Source: Eledone cirrhosa (Eukaryota). From it: a stretch of 64,000 nucleotides of DNA. The position numbers and the translations under genes are program-made. Below the pieces are notes generated by a model. It worked only from the letters and a program-made list of their open reading frames with translations, searched no databases and was not told the DNA's origin. How positions within the stretch are numbered: the stretch's first letter is position 1; each line of letters begins with the position of its first letter. The stretch spans positions 25,234,001 through 25,298,000 of the forward strand of contig OZ024764.1 of NCBI GenBank assembly GCA_964016885.1, read 5' to 3'. Below are positions 1 through 9,300 of the stretch, in pieces.

Positions 1-128
1 TCAGTAGGCACCTTCTAACCAAATATACACCCCAACCCACTACCCTACTCCATCCTCCCACTCCCACCAACACCACCCTCTCTCTGTAAAGTTATGTTGG
101 TACCACAACATCCAGTCCAATCTAAAGA

Positions 129-391
129 GGTCGTGTAGGTGTCACGATAAAAAGCACCCAGTCCACACTGTAAAGTGGTCATGTAGGAGACACAGTAAAA
201 AGGCTCCTAGTGCACACTGTATATGTGGTTGGTGTTAGGAAGGGCATCCAGCAGTAGAAAACCTGCCAGATACAGTCCTATACTAGTGAGACATGGTCAC
301 CTGATCAATCTTGCCTCAAGTGAGACAATTCCCGTCTAATCCATGCTAGCATGGAAGATAGACGTTAAATGATGATGATGATGATGATGAT
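129..391 (+). mobile_element. SINE-like/non-autonomous retroelement 3' portion with (ATG)n tail
   Basis: Seen: AAAAAGCACCCAGT..CTGTAAAGTGGT, GGTGTTAGGAAGGGCATCCAGCAGTAGAAAACCTGCCA and CCATGCTAGCATGGAAGATAGACGTTAAATGATGATG ending in a short-tandem tail, plus a ~48-bp internal duplication (129-176 vs 177-229). The resemblance to abundant octopus interspersed repeats is recalled, not searched. Confidence 0.6.
369..391. repeat. (ATG)n microsatellite, tail of the upstream element
   Basis: ATGATGATGATGATGATGATGAT read directly; it explains the poly-His in ORF 336..557. Confidence 0.9.
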
Positions 392-1054
392 AAATCAAAG
401 TTGTATCCTTTGTGGAGCTGATACCAATCGAATTGTTTGTGGCAATCACAAAACACTCAATGGTGCAAAAAGATAATATATTTTCATCCAGAGTAAACAC
501 AAAAGTGTGACACCAAGAATAAAACAAGCAAATGAATGTGGCCATAGTTTCTAGCACAACAACAGTAAATACAAACAGGTAAGAGACATATATAGTGTGT
601 GTTTTGTATACATGTGTGTATGTGTGTACACTTCACTTTTCAGTTTGTTGTCAGTTTGTTGTCCATTTGTATTTTTATCAAATATTTTTGTTCAGGAACT
701 GGGAAATAATAATATCAATATAGGTGCGCCTCAACCAAACCTTATCAAAGCAGGCTTAATTAATGGATATAAAAATGTAAGCTCACTTTTAACTTATCTT
801 TCTAGAAATATTTTCTCATGTTTACATTTAAATTGCTATGTGTATCTGGTTTAGAGTAGACATACTGTATCCTAGTGTCTTGTAAGAGGTAACTAAAAGG
901 AATGGCATTCAGTCAAAAAATATTGCCCAAAAGGAGACCCTGTGCTGTGTATGAAGTATATCATTAGGCCCACAAGGTTAACTCCCTGCTTTCGTATAGT
1001 AATAAGGGGATTAAAACAGTTGGAGCTGCATATGTATGCATGTATGTATGTAGT

Positions 1055-2340
1055 ATTTTAGTTTTAGGTTCTTCTGCGCCGTTCGGCACATCGAGCAGTA
1101 AGTAGTCAACACTGGTCACGATAAGCAGTGTCTTTTTCGTGTCCGTGCCAATTGATGTTGGCTGCCATCTGGTCTTTTTGGAACGTTCGCCGCTAGGTCA
1201 TCCTGGGGCAACCCCACCTCCATTTGCTGCCAGGTGGAGTCCAGTTCAACGCTGTTTTCGAGTGTTGTTCGTCGGGCAGGCACAGAATATGGCCAGCCAG
1301 GCGGCACTGGCATTCCGTGACCATCCTCTGTAGCCTCCATGGCTCAGCTCTCAGCAGGATCTTCTCGTATTGCACTCGGTCGCGCCAGGACAAATGAAGG
1401 ATCATGCTGTGCTCTTCCAGGTTTCACTTGCAGCACTGTTGGCAGCACGATCCTCTTGTACAGGCACAGCTTGATCCTGGTGCTGATGCATGAAGATGAC
1501 CAGACTGGGCGCATCTGCTGGAAAACTGCGGCTCCTTTACCAATCCAACAGTTGATATCAAGCTCCGCATCGCTATTGCTTGCCAGGATGCTGTCCAGAT
1601 AGGTGAAGTGATCAACTTGTTACAGGTCTTGTTGGTTTATTCTCATTGCTGGACCTGTGTTGTTCACTGTTCTTATCAGATTGGTCCTTTTGGTGTTGAT
1701 TCTCAGGCCGATCTTTTGCGCGCCCTCTTACAGATCTGCAGGGTCTTCAGCGATCAAAGCGATATCGTCAGCAAATACCAGGTCCCTCAGCCTCGACTGG
1801 CCCCTCCATGAGATTCCTCGACCGGGTCCTTCATCTGTTCGCCTTAGAATGAAATCGGCTGTCAACAGGAACAACAGCGGAGAGAGAATGCAACCCTGTC
1901 TGATTCTGGAGACAATGTGAAAGAACTCCGTCACACTGGACTCAGCTTGTACGCAGCAGCTAGAGTCTGCATACAAGGCCTTGGAAATGGCAATGTATCT
2001 TGCAGGAATGCAGTATGAGTGCGCAATATTCCACATCGATTCCCAATGTACACTGTCGAATGCTTTCTGGAAATCAATGAAGTTGACCACCAAAGGTTGC
2101 TGGTGTTCAATGCAGAGTTCAAAGATGTTGCGTGGTGTGAACATCTGTTCGGTACAAGAGTGATTGTTTCGAAAGCCAGCTTGTTCTTCCCAGAGCACAG
2201 AGTCGACAGCCTGCCAGAGTCAACGTAGCGGCACAGTACAGAATGCCTTGCGTGGCACTGCCAACAATGTGATACTAAACCAGATTAGTTGCAGACGGCC
2301 AGATTTCCCTTCTTCGGCAGTTTGACGATGACACCGCGTT
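1055..2340 (-). mobile_element. 5'-truncated, degenerate non-LTR retrotransposon (RTE-clade LINE) covering the RT domain, C-terminal region and 3' end
   Basis: Minus-strand translation gives RGVIVKLPKKGNL, EEQAGFR, FIDFQKAFDSV, RQGCILSPLLF, catalytic FADD (~1764-1775), YLDSILAS and the RTE-typical RLAGHILCLP..ALNWTP..RWGCPR. It has in-frame stops and frameshifts, is more GC-rich than its flanks, and lies between (TATG)-rich tracts. Confidence 0.88.
1728..2198 (-). pseudogene. Reverse transcriptase domain fragment of the LINE (non-functional)
   Basis: The 156-aa ORF carries non-LTR RT motifs QAGFR, DFQKAFD, QGCILSP and FADD. It is bounded by premature stops on both sides and no endonuclease domain is present. 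Confidence 0.88.
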
Positions 2341-2387
2341 GTTATGTATATATGTATGTTTTTCTGGTTTTACTGTTTTGTAATGGT

Positions 2388-2535
2388 CGATTGGCAGAAT
2401 CAGTAGAGCGTTGGATACCATACTTTACAGCATAGAGTTACTGCCCTTTACATTCTGAGTTCAAGTCATGCTGAAGTTAGCTTTGCTTTTCAACCTTATA
2501 GGGTTGATACAATAAAGTACCAGTAATGCACTGTG
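2388..2535 (+). mobile_element. Degenerate tRNA-derived SINE-like element
   Basis: TTGGCAGAATCAGTAGAGC (A-box-like) and GAGTTCAAGTC (B-box-like) are followed by CTTTGCTTTTCAACCTTATAGGGTTGATACAATAAAGTACCAG, which resembles a cephalopod SINE body (recalled, not searched). Confidence 0.6.
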
Positions 2536-2842
2536 CCTAAGGTAGAAATCCTTATTTTATAAATGTTCACCAATAGAGAGAGCCAGTTTCTAACATAGAA
2601 ACAAGACTCTTTCAACTATGTAAATATGTATGTATATGTTTGTGTGTAAGTGTGTACTGGTATTGATGTTATTGTTTGTTTAAATCTGTATGTTTTGAGT
2701 TATATGTGTACATTTGATGAGTTGTAGTGCACCTGAGCACTGTACACAATAATTTTCATTATCAGATGCATGTATTTCTGTATCTATAAATGTATATATA
2801 CAGTTATGACATGATAAATTTCTGAAATGTAAAACCTGCTAC

Positions 2843-2969
2843 TTGAAATGTTGAGTTGGGGCATGGTGCACAAAAGGTTAGGAACCACTTATATCCAGGA
2901 TAATTAATATACAGTGTTAAACAGTGGTTCCCAACCATTTCTGCACCATGACACAACTTAACATCTCAA
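2843..2969. repeat. 47-bp inverted repeat with 33-bp spacer; arms resemble hAT/Charlie-type transposon ends
   Basis: The reverse complement of 2843-2889 (AGTGGTTCCTAACCTTTTGTGCACCATGCCCCAACTCAACATTTCAA) matches 2923-2969 (AGTGGTTCCCAACCATTTCTGCACCATGACACAACTTAACATCTCAA) at 40/47 ungapped. CAGTGGTTCCCAAC at 2922 resembles hAT-Charlie TIR starts. Confidence 0.85.
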
Positions 2970-2980
2970 AAATTGTTATA

Positions 2981-3064
2981 TCCACTTTCCGTATGAAATT
3001 TCCCAGCTTCAATATGACAATGCCTGCCTTCAATATGAAAATGTCCCCCTTTGATATGAAAACA
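2981..3064. repeat. Four diverged 21-bp tandem repeats
   Basis: TCCACTTTCCGTATGAAATTT / CCCAGCTTCAATATGACAATG / CCTGCCTTCAATATGAAAATG / TCCCCCTTTGATATGAAAACA. Confidence 0.8.
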
Positions 3065-3098
3065 GCAATGATTAACTGCAAAGTGTAAATAGGTTGGT

Positions 3099-3137
3099 AT
3101 ATAGGTAGTGCCAGATGCACAATAACATGTGGTGGAG
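3099..3137 (+). repeat. Diverged edge monomer of the satellite, left of the gap
   Basis: ATATAGGTAGTGCCAG + 15 extra bp (ATGCACAATAACATG) + TGGTGGAG, versus array consensus ATATAGGTGGTGCCAG|TGGTGGAG, in the same orientation. Confidence 0.8.
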
Positions 3138-3337
3138 NNNNNNNNNNNNNNNNNNNNNNNNNNNNNNNNNNNNNNNNNNNNNNNNNNNNNNNNNNNNNNN
3201 NNNNNNNNNNNNNNNNNNNNNNNNNNNNNNNNNNNNNNNNNNNNNNNNNNNNNNNNNNNNNNNNNNNNNNNNNNNNNNNNNNNNNNNNNNNNNNNNNNNN
3301 NNNNNNNNNNNNNNNNNNNNNNNNNNNNNNNNNNNNN
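3138..3337. other. Assembly gap (200 N)
   Basis: A run of exactly 200 N is a fixed-size scaffold gap, so the true length is unknown. Confidence 0.99.
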
Positions 3338-6300
3338 GTGCCAGTGGTGGAGGGGGGGAGACAGGAGTTTCTGACAGTAATGTCTACCATATAGGTGGTG
3401 CCAGTGGTGGAGGGGGGGAGACAGGAGTTTCTGACAGTAATGTGCTACCATATAGGTGGTGCCTGTGGTGGAGGGGGGGGGGGGAGACAGGAGTTTCTGA
3501 CAGTAATGTCTACCATATAGGTGGTGCCTGTGGTGGAGGGGGGGGAGACAGGAGTTTCTGACAGTAATGTCTACCATATAGGTGGTGCCAGTGGTGGAGG
3601 GGGGGAGACAGGAGTTTCTGAGAGTAATGTCGTACCATATAGGTGGGGTGCCAGTGGTGGAGGGGGGAGACAGGAGTTTCTGAGAGTAATGTCTACCATA
3701 TAGGTGGTGCCAGTGGTGGAGGGAGGGGAGGACAGGAGTTTCTGACAGTAATGTCTACCATATAGGTGGTGCCAGTGGTGGAGGGGGGGAGACAGGAGTT
3801 TCTGAGAGTAATGTCTACCATATAGGTGGTGCCAGTGGTGGAGGGGTGGAGACAGGAGTTTCTGACAGTAATGTCTACCATATAGGTGGTGCCAGTGGTG
3901 GAGGGGGGGGAGACAGGAGTTTCTGACAGTAATGTCTACCATATAGGTGGTGCCAGTGGTGGAGGGGGGGAGACAGGAGTTTCTGAGAGTAATGTCTACC
4001 ATATAGGTGGTGCCAGTGGTGGAGGGGGGAGACAGGAGTTTCTGACAGTAATGTCTACCATATAGGTGGTGCCAGTGGTGGAGGGGGGGCAGGAGTTTCT
4101 GACAGTAATGTCTACCATATAGGTGGTGCCAGTGGTGGAGGGAGACAGGAGTTTTCTGACAGTAATGTCTACCATATAGGTGGTGCCAGTGGTGGAGGGG
4201 GGGAGACAGGAGTTTCTGACAGTAATGTCTACCATATAGGTGGTGCCAGTGGTGGAGGGGGGGAGACAGGAGTTTCTGAGAGTAATGTCTACCATATAGG
4301 TGGTGCCAGTGGTGGAGGGGGGGGAGACAGGAGTTTCTGACAGTAATGTCTACCATATAGGTTGTGCCAGTGGTGGTGGAGGGGAGACAGGAGTTTCTGA
4401 CAGTAATGTCTACCATATAGGTGGTGCCAGTGGTGGAGGGGGGGACAGGAGTTTCTGACAGTAATGTCTACTATATAGGTGGTGCCCGTGGTGGAGGGGG
4501 GGAGACAGGAGTTTCTGACAGTAATGTCTACCATATAGGTTGTGCCAGTGGTGGTGGAGGGGAGACAGGAGTTTCTGACAGTAATGTCTAGCATATAGGT
4601 GGTGCCAGTGGTGAGGAGGGGAGACAGGAGTTTCTGACAGTAATGTCTACCATATAGGTGGTGCCAGTGGTGGAGGAGGGGGGACAGGAGTTTCTGACAG
4701 TAATGTCTACCATATAGGTGGTGCCAGTGGTGGAGGGGAGGCAGGAGTTTCTGACAGTAATGTCTACCATATAGGTGGTGCCAGTGGTGGAGAGGAGACA
4801 GGAGTTTCTGACAGTAATGTCTACCATATAGGTGGTGCCAGTGGTGGAGGGGGAGACAGGAGTTTCTGACAGTAATGTCTACCATATAGGTGGTGCCAGT
4901 GGTGGACGGGAGACAGGAGTTTCTGACAGTAATGTCTAACATATAGGGTGGTGCCAATGGTGGAGGGGGGACAGGAGTTTCTGACAGTAATGTGTACCAT
5001 ATAGGTGGTGCCAGTGGTGGAGGAGGGGGACAGGAGTTTTCTGACAGTAATGTGTACCATATAGGTGGTGCCAGTGGTGGAGGGGGGAGACAGGAGTTTC
5101 TGACAGTAATGTCTACCATATAGGTGGTGCCAGTGGTGGAGGGGGGGAGACAGGAGTTTCTGACAGTAATGTCTACCATATAGGTGGTGCCAGTGGTGGA
5201 GGAGGGGGAGACAGGAGTTTCTGACAGTAATGTCTACCATATAGGTGGTGCCAGTGGTGGAGGGGGAGACAGGAGTTTCTGACAGTAATGTCTACAATAT
5301 AGGTGGTGCCAGTGGTGGAGGGGGGACAGGAGTTTCTGACAGTAATGTCTACCATATAGGTGGTGCCAGTGGTGGAGGGGAGACAGGAGTTTCTGACAGT
5401 AATGTCTACCATATAGGTGGTGCCAGTGGTGGAGGGGGGACAGGAGTTTCTGACAGTAATGTCTACCATATAGGTGGTGCCAGTGGTGGAGGGGAGACAG
5501 GAGTTTCTGACAGTAATGTCTACCATATAGGGTGGTGCCAGTGGTGGAGGGGAGACAGAAGTTCTGACAGTAATGTCTACCATATAGGTGGTGCCAGTGG
5601 TGGAGGAGGGGAGACAGGAGTTTCTGACAGTAATGTCTACCATATAGGTGGTGCCAGTGGTGGAGGGGGGGGGAGACAGGAGTTTCTGACAGTAATGTCT
5701 ACCATATAGGTGGTGCAAGTGGTGGAGGGGAGACAGGAGTTTCTGACAGTAATGTCTACCATATAGGTGGTGCCAGTGGTGGAGGGGGGGGAGACAGGAG
5801 TTTCTGACAGTAATGTCTACCATATAGGTGGTGCCAGTGGTGGAGGGGGGGAGACAGGAGTTTCTGACAGTAATGTCTACCATATAGGTGGTGCCAGTGG
5901 TGGAGGGGGGGGGGAGACAGGAGTTTCTGACAGTTAATGTCTACCATATAGGTGGTGCCAGTGGTGGAGGGGAGACAGGAGTTTCTGACAGTAATGTCTA
6001 CCATATAGGTGGTGCCAGTGGTGGAGGGGGGGGAGACAGGAGTTTCTGACAGTAATGTCTACCATATAGGTGGTGCCAGTGGTGGAGGGGGGGAGACAGG
6101 AGTTTCTGACAGTAATGTGTACCATATAGGTGGTGCCTGTGGTGGAGGGGGGGAGACAGGAGTTTCTGACAGTAATGTCTACCATATAGGTGGTGCCTGT
6201 GGTGGAGGGGGGGGAGACAGGAGTTTCTGACAGTAATGTCTACCATATAGGTGGTGCCAGTGGTGGAGGGGGGGGGGAGACAGGAGTTTTCTGACAGTAA

Positions 6301-9300
6301 TGTGTACCATATAGGTGGTGCCAGTGGTGGAGGGGAGACAGGAGTTTCTGACAGTAATGTCTACCATATAGGTGGTGCCAGTGGTGGAGGAGGGGAGACA
6401 GGAGTTTCTGACAGTAATGTCTACCATATAGGTGGTGCCAGTGGTGGAGGGGGGGGAGACAGGAGTTTCTGAGAGTAATGTCTACCATATAGGTGGTGCC
6501 AGTGGTGGAGGGGAGACAGGAGTTTCTGACAGTAATGTCTACCATATAGGTGGTGCCAGTGGTGGAGGGGAGACAGGAGTTTCTGACAGTAATGTCTACC
6601 ATATAGGTGGTGCCAGTGGTGGAGGGGGGGCAGGAGTTTCTGACAGTAATGTCTACCATATAGGTGGTGCCAGTGGTGGAGGAGAGACAGGAGTTTCTGA
6701 CAGTAATGTCTACCATATAGGTGGTGCCAGTGGTGGAGGGGGGGGAGACAGGAGTTTCTGACAGTAATGTCTACCATATAGGTGGTGCCAGTGGTGGAGG
6801 GGGGGAGACAGGAGTTTCTGAGATAATGTCTACCATATAGGTGGTGCAGTGGTGGAGGGGAGACAGGAGTTTCTGACAGTAATGTCTACCATATAGGTGG
6901 GTGCCAGTGGTGGAGGGGGGACAGGAGTTTCTGACAGTAATGTCTACCCATATAGGTGGTGCCAGTGGTGGAGGAGGGGAGACAGGAGTTTCTGACAGTA
7001 ATGTCTACCATATAGGTGGTGCCAGTGGTGGAGGAGGGGAGACAGGAGTTTCTGACAGTAATGTCTACCATATAGGTGGTGCCAGTGGTGGAGGAGGGGA
7101 GACAGGAGTTTCTGACAGTAATGTCTACCATATAGGTGATGCCAGTGGTGGAGGGGGGGCAGGAGTTTCTGACAGTAATGTCTACTATATAGGTGGTGCC
7201 AGTGGTGGATGGGGGGGAGACAGGAGTTTCTGACAGTAATGTCTACCATATAGGTTGTGCCAGTGGTGGTGGAGGGGAGACAGGAGTTTCTGACAGTAAT
7301 GTCTACCATATAGGTGGTGCCAGTGGTGGAGGAGGGGAGACAGGAGTTTCTGACAGTAATGTCTACCATATAGGTGGTGCCAGTGGTGGAGGAGGGGGGA
7401 CAGGAGTTTCTGACAGTAATGTCTACCATATAGGTGGTACCAGTGGTGGAGGAGGGGAGACAGGAGTTTCTGACAGTAATGTCTACCATATAGGTGGTGC
7501 CAGTGGTGGAGGAGGGGGGACAGGAGTTTCTGACAGTAATGTCTACCATATAGGTGGTACCAGTGGTGGAGGAGGGGAGACAGGAGTTTCTGACAGTAAT
7601 GTCTACCATATAGGTGGTGCCAGTGGTGGACGGGAGACAGGAGTTTCTGACAGTAATGTCTAACATATAGGTGGTGCCAATGGTGGAGGGGGGACAGGAG
7701 TTTCTGACAGTAATGTGTACCATATAGGTGGTGCCAGTGGTGGAGGAGGGGGGACAGGAGTTTCTGACAGTAATGTGTACCATATAGGTGGTGCCAGTGG
7801 TGGAGGGGAGACAGGAGTTTCTGACAGTAATGTCTACCATATAGGTGGTGCCAGTGATGGAGGGGGGGGGGGGAGACAGGAGTTTCTGACAGTAATGTGT
7901 ACCATATAGGTGGTGCCAATGGTGGAGGGGGGACAGGTGTTTCTGACAGTAATGTCTACCATATAGGTGGTGCCAGTGGTGGAGGGGGGACAGGAGTTTC
8001 TGACAGTAATGTCTACCATATAGGTGGTGCCAGTGGTGGAGGAAGGGACAGGAGTTTCTGACAGTAATGTCTACCATATAGGTGGTGCCAATGGTGGAGG
8101 GGGGACAGGAGTTTCTGACAGTAATGTCTACCATATAGGTGGTGCCAATGGTGGAGGGGGGACAGGAGTTTCTGACAGTAATGTCTACCATATAGGTGGT
8201 GCCAGTGGTGGAGGGGGGACAGGAGTTTCTGACAGTAATGTGTACCATATAGGTGGTGCCAGTGGTGGAGGAGGGGGGACAGGAGTTTCTGACAGTAATG
8301 TGTACCATATAGGTGGTGCCAGTGGTGGAGGGGGGACAGGAGTTTCTGACAGTAATGTCTACCATATAGGTGGTGCCAGTGGTGGAGGGGAGACAGGAGT
8401 TTCTGACAGTAATGTCTACCATATAGGTGGTGCCAGTGGTGGAGGGGGGGGGAGACAGGAGTTTCTGACAGTAATGTCTACCATATAGGTGGTGCCAGTG
8501 GTGGAGGAGAGACAGGAGTTTCTGACAGTAATGTGTACCATATAGGTGGTGCCAGTGATGGAGGGGAGACAGGAGTTTCTGACAGTAATGTCTACCATAT
8601 AGGTGGTGCCAGTGATGGAGGGGAGACAGGAGTTTCTGACAGTAATGTGTACCATATAGGTGGTGCCAGTGATGGAGGGGAGACAGGAGTTTCTGACAGT
8701 AATGTGTACCATATAGATGGTGCCAGTGATGGAGGGGAGACAGGAGTTTCTGACAGTAATGTCTACCATATAGGTGGGGCCAGTGGTGGAGGAGGGGAGA
8801 CAGGAGTTTCTGACAGTAATGTCTACCATATAGGTGGTGCCAGTGATGGAGGGGAGACAGGAGTTTCTGACAGTAATGTCTACCATATAGGTGGTGCCAG
8901 TGGTGGAGGGGAGACAGGAGTTTCTGACAGTAATGTCTACCATATAGGTGGATGCCAGTGGTGGAGGGGGGACAGGAGTTTCTGACAGTAATGTCTACCA
9001 TATAGGTGGTGCCAGTGGTGGAGGAAGGGACAGGAGTTTCTGACAGTAATGTCTACCATATAGGTGGTGCCAATGGTGGAGGGGGGACAGGAGTTTCTGA
9101 CAGTAATGTCTACCATATAGGTGGTGCCAATGGTGGAGGGGGGGACAGGAGTTTCTGACAGTAATGTCTACCATATAGGTGGTGCCAGTGGTGGAGGGGG
9201 AGACAGGAGTTTCTGACAGTAATAGTGTACCATATAGGTGGTGCCAGTGGTGGAGGAGGGGGGACAGGAGTTCTGACAGTAATGTGTACCATATAGGTGG

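Noticed and set aside
1-85. C-rich tract as telomeric repeat
   Set aside because: Irregular low-complexity sequence with no (CCCTAA)n periodicity.
336-854. Short ORFs 336..557 and 597..854
   Set aside because: They derive from microsatellite and low-complexity AT/GT-rich sequence and have no recognisable domain.
866-930. Possible further SINE fragment (GTAAGAGGTAACTAAAAGG), and a similar tail-like motif at ~2720-2762
   Set aside because: Too short and degenerate to support without a repeat-library search.
1139-2228. Plus-strand ORFs overlapping the LINE
   Set aside because: They are antisense shadows of the RT pseudogene.
2388-2470. tRNA gene
   Set aside because: Only A/B-box-like remnants are present, with no cloverleaf, and they continue into a SINE-like body.
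2917-3577. ORFs spanning the N gap
   Set aside because: Frame across an arbitrary 200-N gap is meaningless.
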